DNA from: a virus
Taxonomy: Duplodnaviria > Heunggongvirae > Uroviricota > Caudoviricetes
DNA: 64,000 bases
Virus record (IMG/VR): IMGVR_UViG_2563366911_000001
Reading direction: 5' to 3' (one strand)
Position numbers and translations under genes: made by a program. The notes under the pieces are model-generated. The model saw only the letters and a list, made by a program, of their open reading frames with translations, did no database searches and had not been told where the DNA came from. Positions 21,001 through 30,272 of the stretch are shown one piece after another (within the stretch, counting starts at the first letter, position 1; every line of letters begins with the position of its first letter).

Positions 21001-24000
21001 GCATGCACAGGATATGCTTTATGACTTCGTTGCCGCCGGGCGCGTAGCCAGCGCAATGGACTCCGACTCCCACCGCAAAGAGGCCGCGCGTCGCCGGGTA
21101 TTGTCGGAGTATTCAGATACCGGCACCGAAAAAGCAGAGAAGTATCCGTACTTTGAGGATATGGGCTTCGATAGTGTGATCGCCGACGAAGGTCACAACT
21201 ACCGCAATAGCTATAAAAATGGTCGCGAAGCGTCACAACTGGCCTATCTGCCCACCAGCGCGGTGGCGCAATCGGCGCGGGATATGGCAATTAAAAACGC
21301 GTACCTGATGAAAAAGAATGGCGGGCGCGGGCCGGTTCTCCTGACTGCAACGCCAGTCGTTAACACCCCGATCGATGCATACAACATGCTTTCTCATGTT
21401 CTGCCGAAGGAATACTGGCAGAAGATGGGGATCTACGGTCCTGATGACTTCGTTAAATTCTTCGGCAAGACCAGGCTGGAAACGGTACAGAAAATCAGCG
21501 GTGAAGTTGAAGAAAAAATGGCGCTGGTGGGCTTTGAAAACCTTGATGCGCTGCGCGGTATATTCCATCGCTGGGTAACGCTTAAAACGGCGGAAGACGT
21601 TAAGGATACCGTGGAGATCCCGGAGCTGGACGAACACCAGCAGGATGCACCACTTACTGAAGAACAACTGGCGGCGTATGAAGAATTGCGTCAGCAGGCG
21701 GAAGCGGCGGCCAAAGCCAACAATGGCGTAACGACCTCGGTCAATGAAGACGGCGTGATTGAGCACGAGAAAGCCCGTCCGATCTTCTCAATAATCAGGG
21801 ATATGGACCGCGTATGTACTGACATGGACCTGTACTATCGCCGGATCACCTATCGTTTCCTGCCGGAGTACGCCGATGCGGTGCAGCAGCTGGCGGACAG
21901 TTTGCCTAAACAAGCCACCAGCGAAGACGACGACAGTGATGATTCAATCACGCAGCAATCGCAATACTCCCTGATAGATAAGGGCGAGTTTATTCAGTTG
22001 CAGGTTCCGGAAGCGTTCGAGCAGGAAGTGAATAAGCGCCTGGCCAGGTTTGGCATTGACGAACAGACCGTAACTCACCCCGTTACGCCCAAATACGCGA
22101 AGCTGATTGCCACGCTGAAGGAGTTTTCCCCGGAAGGGAAGCAAATCATCTTCACCGATGAAAAAACGCAGCACCAGAAGCTCAAGCGCATTATCTGCAA
22201 TGCTCTTAACCTTGAACCTTCAAAGGTGGGGATCCTGAATGCTCAGACGGTTGCCGAGGCAGGTAAAACCGGTAAGAAACTGAAAGCGGTTAAACCGCCG
22301 AAAGAGTTACCGGATGAACCAACAGATGCACAGATAGCGAAATACAACGAGCAAATGGCTCTGTATGACGCCTATATCGCGCAGCAAAATGAAATGTCGT
22401 TGGGCGGTCTGGAAAAGATTGCAGCCGACTTCCAGGAGGGCCGGACTCCGATCATCATCTGCAACAAAAAGGCAGAGGTGGGTATCAACCTGCATCGAGG
22501 AACGACTGACATCCATCATCTGACGTTGCCATGGACACCAGCCAGTATCGCACAACGTAACGGTCGCGGTGCCCGAGTTGGTTCCAACCGTGCAAGCGTT
22601 CGCGTTCACTACTACTGCGGCAAGGGTTCTTTCGATGAATACCGACTGAAGACGCTGAAGCGTAAAGCAGGCTGGATCTCCGATATCCTCCGTTCAGATA
22701 AGTCAGAAATGGAGAACGCCGACGCCAACGATATGATCGAAATGCAGATGTATACCGCTAAGGATGATGGCGAACGTCTGGCAATGATGCAGGTTCAAAT
22801 GGATAAGGCGAAAGCTGCGCAACGCGCTCGCCAGAAAGAACAGGCTACTATCGACCTTCAGAACTACATCAAGGCGCAGCACGCAGCTGGTGAGGATGTG
22901 GAGGTGCTTACCGCTGAATTAGAGCGAAGCAAAGCGGAACTTGAAAAGACCACCGCCGAGGTAGCTAAATTCAAACAGGCGGCAATGGCCAAGGCAGCGG
23001 ATAACGCAGACTGGAAGGCACGCTGGGGGAGTGTCCATCACACAGACCGTATGTTGTTAGCACAGTATCGCGCGTCGTTGAAAAGCGCCATTCAGCGCAA
23101 GGCTAATATCTCTCAAGCCATCTCCCGCTATGAGAAATTATTGAACCGTACTCAGAAGGCCGCGACGGATATCAAACGCCTGCGCCCGCTGGTGGAGGAT
23201 GCATTAAATAAAGGCATTCTGGATGTTGATCCTGACCTGGTAAACCATGCGAGTGAGTTCCTTGTTATCGGCGATCGCTCATGGCGTGTAGGCCAATACT
23301 ACGATTGTGCCGGTGATATCGTTCGCATTAAGTCGCTGGACTTCGACAGCCAGCGCGCAGACGTGGAGATCATCTTCACCTTCAAAGGCACCAAATCTGG
23401 TAACTGGGATGTGAAGACGCTGGATAAACAGGTTGATGTAACTCCCGATGAAGATGCTGTTATGCAGAAAATCAGTGGTGGCGTCTCCATCGCCGGGATT
23501 AACGACATCGTTTCCTGTGACGATTTCTACCGTTTCCAGCAGCGCGGCATGATCAAAATCACTGACTCATACGGCGTTCAGACTACAGAGTCAGGCTATA
23601 GCATTGATTTTGTTGGTACCTATACGGACCCACTGAAGCATGCGGTTTACCCGGATCGCCGTGACGGCGCGCTGAAGTCGTCAATTGCAAAATGGGTGCT
23701 TGGTATGATGTCGGAAGGGAATAACCGCCAGATCCGTTCGGCAGAAGCATTCCTGGTTGAACTGTTTGGCTCCAATTATGGCGATGTAATCGCGTCATAC
23801 GGAGATACGCTATCCCCTGAAGCAATTCAGGAGAAAATAGCGGATGCGATCGCCAGAATGCCGGAGAAAACAAGCCAGGGGGCTACTCGTAACGGGGATT
23901 CTGAACTTGAAGTCACCAATGCCATTTTCGGTACCAATGAGTTCCGGGCGTCAGATTATGAGATCACCACAGCACAGTTTGGCACCATTGGCATTTACAG

Positions 24001-24799
24001 CAATAAAGACGAGATCAAGCAGGCAATGGACGCAGCAAGCGCGCGCATTGCAGCAGAACGGAAAGTCAATCTGAATCATGCAGTCGCCGCGCTGACTCAA
24101 TCGTGGGTAACAGCAATCAGGGAGGCCGCCACCACAGGAAAAATCACACCGGCAATTGCGGATGTCGTAAACGACGGCTCTAAATTTATGGATGCCTATA
24201 AAATGGATGCGGTGCAGTTGCCATCAGCCTATGGGCAACTCAGCTATCGCATGACCTACAACCTGGTATCAATGTTTACCGACCTTGCCATCCTTGGGCT
24301 GGTGGACCTTAACGAGGTTACGCCGGAATTGCTCAGCATGCGCAAGAATCATGTGGAGATATTGCACAGAATTAACACGGTACTTGCCGGGCGCACCGAT
24401 GAAGAGAAACAGGCAGACGCTGATCGGATAAACCTGGCCCTTGGCAACATCACGGAGGAAGAAATTGCCGCCAGAAACGAGAAACAAGAAGAGTTATCAT
24501 CAATACAGGGTGATGCCACCAGCATAGCTCAGTCTCTTGGTCTGAATTATCGCGTATCCACCGCCGACCTGAAGATGATGTACGCACCAAAATTCGCCGC
24601 TGGCGAGGTATTTGGGCTTCAGGAAGCCTCCGGCATGAAAGGGGTTCTTTTCCGCGCGAAAGACGCAATCAAGGCGAAATTCGGCGCTCGCTGGTTGCCA
24701 GCGAAGGCGAAGAACAGCGACTTCCCAGGTAACTGGTGGATTATCGAGACAAAACACAACGTGGCGGACGTTCTGGCCGTCATCCAACAATACGCATAA
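18032..24799 (+). CDS. darB: DarB antirestriction protein (methyltransferase + helicase)
   Basis: 2255 aa; VGNVPFGG methyltransferase motif; GFGTGLGKTT Walker A and ADEGH helicase motifs. Confidence 0.8.
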   Translation: MNKLSMGVFRCSSVSEILKYIRAITSHRAPIKYGVEKVEGKSYDRLRREANQKAIDLLNSLVDGATLTDEQRQILAGYTGEGGIGGSVSEYYTPKPIAEGVWEIMKLYGADVGNTLEPSAGTGVFNETKPVGTVMTATEISSVSGRINQLLHPEDSVQISPFEQLAVSTPNDSFDHVVGNVPFGGRDNTRNIDKPYAEETDMGSYFMLRMLDKIKPGGFMCVIVPPSIVSGSNMKRLRLRLSRKAEFLGAHRLPTGTFDANGTSTVVDVVLMRKHPAEMAEKIPLVDESTLESANVLWPTFISGKWFEKDGRRFVHGTQEKGFQGRIEVRADGQIDNQALKAKLIHRFESRIDWSLLDMAEPSPTADVVGEGEMRLINGVWQKYAGGRWIESDAGKELKIDVASYGADSWEALQRNLTTTEGRLGMTFTQMANVRDKYTTSISDDMVQLVDWINSQPEKYRERLYRGAMIGRMLIEYQDMKAAGHSAEQIEQQRLSLVSRLQAEIDRFGNPGRGLIAKLSGSGARAWFAFRGAIKLDGTISDELTGKLVTHDSSASYDSTSYQDTLRYLYSDLTRDPIQLDDFRLAFTGELPASDDELLNLLASTPGIAVSPYGGIVPFARATSGDINEIVAPKQEFLATLPDGPVKNNVLNQLAAIEEKRIKTPAENIRFKLNSRWFDRSVILEFLQENGYPDLRYVQSVQLEGDEMVSDTYHGGDGLFVGHRYGVVQRKDKETGEIRYEWDRKSGENATGFPAQLEKYLNGARIGGKDSATANGYREQMALLEDQFNKWIKTHDRYDELVAKYNDVFNSNIPYEHSGDPLGLKGLSGKRQPFDYQNSEVRRLSEDGRGILGFGTGLGKTTTALALEAFNYENGRSTRTAYVVPKSVLENWYYEAKEFLSEEAFSNYLFVGLDVLMDGDQIRQVPVLDENGKPVLGTDGTPVMRDALKLADEATITARMNAIPHSNYRAVVFTKEQYARIPLRDDTVDEHAQDMLYDFVAAGRVASAMDSDSHRKEAARRRVLSEYSDTGTEKAEKYPYFEDMGFDSVIADEGHNYRNSYKNGREASQLAYLPTSAVAQSARDMAIKNAYLMKKNGGRGPVLLTATPVVNTPIDAYNMLSHVLPKEYWQKMGIYGPDDFVKFFGKTRLETVQKISGEVEEKMALVGFENLDALRGIFHRWVTLKTAEDVKDTVEIPELDEHQQDAPLTEEQLAAYEELRQQAEAAAKANNGVTTSVNEDGVIEHEKARPIFSIIRDMDRVCTDMDLYYRRITYRFLPEYADAVQQLADSLPKQATSEDDDSDDSITQQSQYSLIDKGEFIQLQVPEAFEQEVNKRLARFGIDEQTVTHPVTPKYAKLIATLKEFSPEGKQIIFTDEKTQHQKLKRIICNALNLEPSKVGILNAQTVAEAGKTGKKLKAVKPPKELPDEPTDAQIAKYNEQMALYDAYIAQQNEMSLGGLEKIAADFQEGRTPIIICNKKAEVGINLHRGTTDIHHLTLPWTPASIAQRNGRGARVGSNRASVRVHYYCGKGSFDEYRLKTLKRKAGWISDILRSDKSEMENADANDMIEMQMYTAKDDGERLAMMQVQMDKAKAAQRARQKEQATIDLQNYIKAQHAAGEDVEVLTAELERSKAELEKTTAEVAKFKQAAMAKAADNADWKARWGSVHHTDRMLLAQYRASLKSAIQRKANISQAISRYEKLLNRTQKAATDIKRLRPLVEDALNKGILDVDPDLVNHASEFLVIGDRSWRVGQYYDCAGDIVRIKSLDFDSQRADVEIIFTFKGTKSGNWDVKTLDKQVDVTPDEDAVMQKISGGVSIAGINDIVSCDDFYRFQQRGMIKITDSYGVQTTESGYSIDFVGTYTDPLKHAVYPDRRDGALKSSIAKWVLGMMSEGNNRQIRSAEAFLVELFGSNYGDVIASYGDTLSPEAIQEKIADAIARMPEKTSQGATRNGDSELEVTNAIFGTNEFRASDYEITTAQFGTIGIYSNKDEIKQAMDAASARIAAERKVNLNHAVAALTQSWVTAIREAATTGKITPAIADVVNDGSKFMDAYKMDAVQLPSAYGQLSYRMTYNLVSMFTDLAILGLVDLNEVTPELLSMRKNHVEILHRINTVLAGRTDEEKQADADRINLALGNITEEEIAARNEKQEELSSIQGDATSIAQSLGLNYRVSTADLKMMYAPKFAAGEVFGLQEASGMKGVLFRAKDAIKAKFGARWLPAKAKNSDFPGNWWIIETKHNVADVLAVIQQYA

Positions 24800-24832
24800 C
24801 AGGAGCGCCCGGTTCGCCGGGCGTCGCATAAT

Positions 24833-25273
24833 ATGGCCACACTATCTGATACAATAAAACCGAATAAAACATATCTTGAGGCGGTACTCCGTACAGCGTT
24901 GTTAGGAAAGACAGAAGACGAATACGTTGATTTCTTCCTGTCAGGGCTACGCGGGCGATTACTGAAAAATCCCCGCCTGTACCGCAGCTATGGTCCATAC
25001 TGGCCGGAAATTAAAAAATTATTACTGGAGCGCGGTTATGGTAATTTCGGTCGTCTCGTTGACCGTGACGTTCGCAAAATTTACCGTTATGACCGCCCGG
25101 CGCTAACACTCATAGCCGCGACGCTCTACAGCCAGGAGCGTTTTGATAATGGTCAGATATACTCAGCCTGGCATTTACTGCCAGTGCCTGAAGAAGTTGA
25201 CGACCAGGACTATGAGTTTGAGTCTTACGATTTGGAAGTTGAAGCCTTGGCACAGGCTGGAGAGAAAACTTGA
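24833..25273 (+). CDS. ulx: Ulx-like protein
   Basis: 146 aa between darB and lxc. Confidence 0.45.
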   Translation: MATLSDTIKPNKTYLEAVLRTALLGKTEDEYVDFFLSGLRGRLLKNPRLYRSYGPYWPEIKKLLLERGYGNFGRLVDRDVRKIYRYDRPALTLIAATLYSQERFDNGQIYSAWHLLPVPEEVDDQDYEFESYDLEVEALAQAGEKT

Positions 25274-25518
25274 AAAAGCGATACTACACAGTAAAGCATG
25301 GGACGCTACGAGCATTACAAGAGTTTGCTGACAAGCATAACGTTGAGGTGCGCAGGGAAGGGGGAAGTAAAGCTCTGCGCATGTACCGTCCGGACGGGAA
25401 ATGGCGTACAGTCGTCGATTTCAAAACAAACAGTGTTCCCCAGGGCGTCCGCGACCGGGCATTCGAAGAATGGGAGCAGATCATCATAGATAATGCATTG
25501 CTTCTCAATGCTGATTGA
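25270..25518 (+). CDS. lxc: Lxc/Bof-like C1 co-repressor
   Basis: 82 aa; positional, ATGA-coupled to ulx. Confidence 0.5.
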   Translation: MKKRYYTVKHGTLRALQEFADKHNVEVRREGGSKALRMYRPDGKWRTVVDFKTNSVPQGVRDRAFEEWEQIIIDNALLLNAD

Positions 25519-25527
25519 GTTTTGTTG

Positions 25528-25548
25528 GCCCGGTTTGCACCGGGCGTT
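25528..25548. terminator. Weak terminator hairpin after lxc
   Basis: gcccggt-ttgc-accgggc then gtttc. Confidence 0.4.
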
Positions 25549-25600
25549 TCACAAACAATCAACTGGTTTGTAGTTCCTGCGGCGAGATGAATTATTAATA

Positions 25601-26209
25601 TTATCGTGGTGCCGATGATGCGATAGCCTGTATGATGTTATCAATATCGTTATCGTTCAGCATGAATATAGGTACACCATTAGAGTTTGCATTTTTTTCA
25701 GTGCTCATCAAACAAAGCCCCTCATACATGCCGCGAGTTTTTTTGAAATTGGCGACTGATGGAGTGGTGTAATTTCCTTTAAAGTGCATTCCGGCTGATT
25801 CATAAAAAGGAACCAAATCAGACTGGCAAATCAAAGCGACCTCATTTGGAAATGCAAGTATTTCTGCCAGTATATTACTTCCAAGTCCATTACCACGATA
25901 TTGCTCATATACATATATTTTATGACAGTACAACGGAAAATTTCCCGATGGATGTCCGAAGATTAAGGCGTATCCGAACAAGTTTTCTTCATTAGTAAAG
26001 CCCATAATGCGCAAATGACCGGCTCGGTAACACTCTTCAAAAACGTTAATTATGTAGCTTCTCGCTGCTTTCAGCTCCTCTTCTGTCGGGAACATCATCA
26101 ACCCCATAAGCGATGGAGTATAGGCCAGATCCTGAAGAATCCCATTAGCTTCATTTTCGAAAATTAGCGGTAAGTGCGGTACAATTTCATTTGCCGAGGT
26201 ATTAGACAT
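25601..26209 (-). CDS. GNAT-family N-acetyltransferase
   Basis: 202 aa; acetyl-CoA motif YRGNGLGSNIL; AT-rich gene with its own AT-rich promoter region. Confidence 0.7.
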   Translation of the reverse strand: MSNTSANEIVPHLPLIFENEANGILQDLAYTPSLMGLMMFPTEEELKAARSYIINVFEECYRAGHLRIMGFTNEENLFGYALIFGHPSGNFPLYCHKIYVYEQYRGNGLGSNILAEILAFPNEVALICQSDLVPFYESAGMHFKGNYTTPSVANFKKTRGMYEGLCLMSTEKNANSNGVPIFMLNDNDIDNIIQAIASSAPR

Positions 26210-26407
26210 AGTATGGTGAGTCCTTTGTTTTCAAAGGACTCATGTTATCAGTGATAATCGTTTGTTGTAATAGTGTTGATAAAATAATTTTCTATTATGT
26301 AAGCAAGCTCATTTTTATGACGGGTAATGCAAAAAAAATAGAATCAAAAAACTAAAAAATAATAATTCATGGGGTTTTACACCATCAAAAGTCCCCACTA
26401 TAAATTA

Positions 26408-27049
26408 TTAGAAATAATTATGCTTGCCTGTTAATACCCCTTTCGGCACTTTTTTTTGTTCCAGTGTCTGGGTACCCAGAATTATGTTAATAAGTGGACT
26501 TAGTAACGATGGTTCCTGGCGGGCTTCAACTTCTCCAGCCATTGCCCTGATGTAGTCGGCGCTGGCAACGTTGTTGTATTCCGTCGCAAAGCAACATAGT
26601 AACGTCAGAACATGCTCTGTCGTTATTTCGCTCCAGTTGATGTTGAAAAATTCATCGCCTTTTTTATCGTGTTCGGAATCGAAGATGCTTTGGTGGAGGA
26701 TGTATTTGCCGGATTCCTTGCGCGGTAACTTGATCGCTTTCTGGCGTTCCAGCTCCTTGTAAATCTGCATTGCTTCAATCAGTACCGGCCTGCCGTTCAT
26801 GAAGGGATCGCGCAACCTTACACGCTGGCCAACTCGACCAGTAATAAAGCTGTTTTCCTCTTCCACCAGCACGATAAAACCCTTTTCCTCTTTTTCTCGC
26901 AATTCGCGCAGCAGCTGGAGTTCCATGTCGCGGCGGCGTTCAGGGTAGCTGGTCCGCTCAGCCATTATCAGCTCGTTGTTGATCCATGCAGCAGTCATTG
27001 ACGCCGGTTTGCCGACGCTCATCGAAACAACGCATATTTTCTTATCCAT
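26408..27049 (-). CDS. Hypothetical protein (at the mat position of P1?)
   Basis: About 213 aa from MDKKIC; no motifs recognised. Confidence 0.45.
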   Translation of the reverse strand: MDKKICVVSMSVGKPASMTAAWINNELIMAERTSYPERRRDMELQLLRELREKEEKGFIVLVEEENSFITGRVGQRVRLRDPFMNGRPVLIEAMQIYKELERQKAIKLPRKESGKYILHQSIFDSEHDKKGDEFFNINWSEITTEHVLTLLCCFATEYNNVASADYIRAMAGEVEARQEPSLLSPLINIILGTQTLEQKKVPKGVLTGKHNYF

Positions 27050-27237
27050 AGCGCCCCTACAAAAAAGAAAAGCCACCAGCGGCGGCTTAGCAATACAACT
27101 GAAGGTAGCGCCCGGTACTCAGACTGTGCCGTCCATGGAATATTTGAAAAGGGATCCATCCGTACCGGGCGTGTGATGATTCTGACTCAAGTCACTTGTC
27201 AGTTGTCAATCATTTAAGATTAAAAATAATATATTTA

Positions 27238-27798
27238 TTAGTGCATGATGTTTGCCATTTCATAGGCGTCAGCCAGCAACTCCATCTCTGACTTGTTCAA
27301 CAAGGTGAATTCTTTCTTGCCTCCTACCACGCCATCGGCATGAACAGGGACCAGCCAGGGGTATTTTTCTCTTACTTCAGCCGGTGCTGCATGCTGGTGG
27401 TGCCATCTACAAAGTGGCAATTGCTTTTTATGACAACCCGGCGCGGTACGACCGGCGATATGGTGCAGAGACACCTCATTAGATATTACTCCATGCATAT
27501 AGCAGGCAATGCAGGGGAGAGTGCCAAGAGCATTGGCGATGCGCCGTTCCTCCGCCGTTGGTGTTCTCCCCTTCAAGCCACGAGATTTTATTTTTACCGC
27601 GCTTTTCCGCGTTTTGCTGGCTGGTGGGCGCTCTTTCTGTTTAGCGATACGGCGGTCGATAGTATCCCGCATTTTCTGATATTGAGATTCTCGCCAGACC
27701 GGATCAGCCAACTTCTCCCGTTGCCGAGCGATCGCTCGTTCTCTGGCTGCCTTCTGCCACTTGCGGCACTGTTCAATTTTTTGTTCGATTGTTTTCAT
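27238..27798 (-). CDS. ref: Ref recombination-enhancement HNH endonuclease
   Basis: 186 aa; basic N-terminus, Cys/His HNH-like core (CIACYMHG...HHIAG...CRWHHQH). Confidence 0.7.
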   Translation of the reverse strand: MKTIEQKIEQCRKWQKAARERAIARQREKLADPVWRESQYQKMRDTIDRRIAKQKERPPASKTRKSAVKIKSRGLKGRTPTAEERRIANALGTLPCIACYMHGVISNEVSLHHIAGRTAPGCHKKQLPLCRWHHQHAAPAEVREKYPWLVPVHADGVVGGKKEFTLLNKSEMELLADAYEMANIMH

Positions 27799-27804
27799 AT
27801 GGTC

Positions 27805-27831
27805 AAAAAAAAGGCGGCCTAATGGCCGCCT
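27805..27831 (-). terminator. Strong hairpin plus T8 immediately upstream of the ref start codon
   Basis: Minus strand ggcggcc-atta-ggccgcc then tttttttt, 6 nt before the ATG. Confidence 0.6.
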
Positions 27832-27890
27832 ATGATGTCAAGGAGTGAAGTAATGGCAACGTCTTCGTAGTTGACAAAAACTGCGGCTCA

Positions 27891-27914
27891 ATTATAGCAA
27901 TCAATTAGAGCAAT
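27891..27914. promoter_or_regulatory. C1 operator-like site(s) upstream of ref
   Basis: attatagcaat and caattagagcaat, overlapping half-sites. Confidence 0.55.
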
Positions 27915-28045
27915 GGTAGATATTTTGTTTCTCGCGAATCACATTTTTTCACTTCAGTACCTGTGTGCTATACTCCTTCTTGATTGATTGGATGCGGAAT
28001 ACAAACCCGCTCTTTTGTGCAGCCTGGCTCCTTGCCAGGCTTTTT

Positions 28046-28357
28046 TTATTTCATCATGGAAGCTGTTAACGCTTTGGACCTTGCTGAACTGATTGAGAGG
28101 GCTTTGTCAACGTGCCCCAAAAATTCGCCAAACTCAGACATCACTTTAGCAAAACCGCGCCGTGCTTCTTCCTCGGTGGCATTCATCACGAAATGTTCAG
28201 CACCACGCATACTTTTGACAGGGAACGCAACGGATATTGAATCAATATCAGGCATTCTATCGCTCAGCTTTACAGTGACAATGACGGCTGGCGACTGAAT
28301 ATTAGTGCTTACAGACAGCACTACATATTTTCCGTCGATGTTGAAATCCTTTCTCAT
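28046..28357 (-). CDS. Hypothetical protein between cre and ref
   Basis: 103 aa. Confidence 0.45.
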   Translation of the reverse strand: MRKDFNIDGKYVVLSVSTNIQSPAVIVTVKLSDRMPDIDSISVAFPVKSMRGAEHFVMNATEEEARRGFAKVMSEFGEFLGHVDKALSISSARSKALTASMMK

Positions 28358-28373
28358 ATGTCACCATAAATAT

Positions 28374-28390
28374 CAAAGAATTAGAGCAAT
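28374..28390. promoter_or_regulatory. C1 operator-like site (core attagagcaat)
   Basis: caaagaattagagcaat, 4 mismatches. Confidence 0.4.
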
Positions 28391-28407
28391 CATTTACGCG
28401 TTAATGG

Positions 28408-29439
28408 CTAATCGCCATCTTCCAGCAGGCGCACCATTGCCCCTGTTTCACTATCCAGGTTACGGATATAGTTCATGACAATATTTACGTTGGTCCAGCC
28501 ACCAGCTTGCATGATCTCCGGTATTGAAACTCCGGCGCGGGCCATATCTCGCGCGGCTCCGACACGGGCACTGTGTCCAGACCAGGCCAGGTATCTCTGC
28601 CCAGAGTCATCCTTAGCGCCGTAAATCAATCGATGAGTTGCTTCAAAAATCCCTTCCAGAGCGCGAGTTGATAGCTGGCTGGTGGCAGATGGCGCGGCAA
28701 CACCATTTTTTCTGACACGGCAAAACAGGTAGTTATTCGGATCATCAGCCACACCAGAGACAGAAATCCATCGCTCGACCAGTTTAGTTACCCCCAGGCT
28801 AAGTGCCTTCTCTACACCTGCGGTGCTAACCAGCGTTTTCGTTCTGCCAATATGGATTAACATTCTCCCACCGTCAGTACGTGAGATATCTTTAACCCTG
28901 ATCCTGGCAATTTCGGCTATACGTAACAGGGTGTTATAAGCAATCCCCAGAAATGCCAGATTCCGTATATCCTGGCAGCGATCGCTATTTTCCATGAGTG
29001 AACGAACCTGGTCGAAATCAGTGCGTTCGAACGCCAATGCCTGTTTTGCACGTTCACCGGCATCAACGTTTTCTTTTCGAATCCGCCGCATAACCAGTGA
29101 AACAGCATTGCTGTCACTTGGTCGTGGCAGCCCGGACCGACGATGAAGCATGTTTAGCTGGCCCAAATGTTGCTGGATAGTTTTTACTGCCAGACCGCGC
29201 GCCTGAAGATATAGAAGATAATCGCGAACATCTTCAGGTTCTGCGGGAAACCATTTCCGGTTATTCAACTTGCACCATGCCGCCCACGACCGGCAAACGG
29301 ACAGAAGCATTTTCCAGGTATGCTCAGAAAACGCCTGGCGATCCCTGAACATGTCCATCAGGTTCTTGCGAACCTCATCACTCGTTGCATCGACCGGTAA
29401 TGCAGGCAAATTTTGGTGTACGGTCAGTAAATTGGACAT
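28408..29439 (-). CDS. cre: Cre tyrosine recombinase
   Basis: 343 aa beginning MSNLLTVHQNLPALPVDATSDEVRKNLMDMFRDRQAFSEHTWKMLLSVCRSWAAWCKLNNRKWFPAEPEDVRDYLLYLQARGLAVKTIQQHLGQLNMLHRRSG, recognised as Cre from memory; loxP lies 412 bp upstream. Confidence 0.97.
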   Translation of the reverse strand: MSNLLTVHQNLPALPVDATSDEVRKNLMDMFRDRQAFSEHTWKMLLSVCRSWAAWCKLNNRKWFPAEPEDVRDYLLYLQARGLAVKTIQQHLGQLNMLHRRSGLPRPSDSNAVSLVMRRIRKENVDAGERAKQALAFERTDFDQVRSLMENSDRCQDIRNLAFLGIAYNTLLRIAEIARIRVKDISRTDGGRMLIHIGRTKTLVSTAGVEKALSLGVTKLVERWISVSGVADDPNNYLFCRVRKNGVAAPSATSQLSTRALEGIFEATHRLIYGAKDDSGQRYLAWSGHSARVGAARDMARAGVSIPEIMQAGGWTNVNIVMNYIRNLDSETGAMVRLLEDGD

Positions 29440-29446
29440 TTAACAC

Positions 29447-29668
29447 TCAGATAATGGTTTTAAGTAAAGTGTACAGGATCGGCTCTGCCTTTACCTGTTT
29501 ATGGTTCTCGTCATAGAAACGCCAGCGACCGCGCGTGCGTTCTATTTTCTCTTCACCGCGCGATAATGACAGTTGACAACTATCACGATCAAACCCTTTT
29601 GCCCGCCAGTAACCACGGTTTTTCTCAAGCTCAAGATGAGTGGACACTTTAGCAGCTGAATATCCCAT
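29447..29668 (-). CDS. Small ORF between loxP and cre
   Basis: 73 aa with SD gaggtga 5 nt upstream; lies in the expected cre promoter region. Confidence 0.35.
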   Translation of the reverse strand: MGYSAAKVSTHLELEKNRGYWRAKGFDRDSCQLSLSRGEEKIERTRGRWRFYDENHKQVKAEPILYTLLKTII

Positions 29669-29850
29669 TTTTCACCTCTGATTGATTGGTGGTGCTAAGT
29701 GCGCTACGCGAAATCTGGAGCACTAACACTGCCAACATTTCGCAGATTTTACGTAGCGCAACCTTGATCAAATGATCAAGTGATCACTATTTGACCTGAT
29801 AAGGTATTGAACTGTATGGATTTACAGGTAAATTGATCATGTTCAATAAC

Positions 29851-29884
29851 CCTTAAGATAACTTCGTATAATGTATGCTATACG
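29851..29884. other. loxP site
   Basis: Exact ATAACTTCGTATA-ATGTATGC-TATACGAAGTTAT. Confidence 0.98.
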
Positions 29885-29927
29885 AAGTTATTAGGTCCGA
29901 AGAGGAGTTTACGTCCAGCTGCGCATA

Positions 29928-29944
29928 AAAATCAAGAATTATTA
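29928..29944. promoter_or_regulatory. C1 operator (immC region)
   Basis: agaattattagagcaat, 2 mismatches. Confidence 0.7.
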
Positions 29945-30010
29945 GAGCAATAAATTTTGAGAGAAAAATCCCACTCCACCAGCCAAAAACTGGATTGTTT
30001 TTCATAGTTG

Positions 30011-30027
30011 TTTGACAATTGCTCTAA
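30011..30027. promoter_or_regulatory. C1 operator (immC region)
   Basis: attgctctaataaatta, 1 mismatch. Confidence 0.8.
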
Positions 30028-30272
30028 TAAATTATAGTTTTGCCGCCGTTTCGTAATACGACTTTGGATTCACTATTTAATGTGTCTTCAGCGTTGTAGA
30101 GCGGCTCAGAAGGAAATGAGCAAACAGGGAAACCTTATACAACGGCATTACAGCTATGCATTGCTCATCTTACACACAGCGCAATGTTGTTAGATTACCC
30201 CAGCATGGATCATGGGTGAAACAGTAGGTCAGAGCTTCAGGCTCTGTGTTGTCAATACAGTGAGGCATAATT

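Noticed and set aside
18352-24840. Numerous 60-180-aa ORFs on both strands inside darB
   Set aside because: Fully embedded in a 2255-aa gene with clear motifs; typical antisense or off-frame artefacts
25519-27237. Type III res-mod genes expected from the P1 reference
   Set aside because: No ORF of the required size exists here; the slot holds the GNAT gene and a 213-aa unknown
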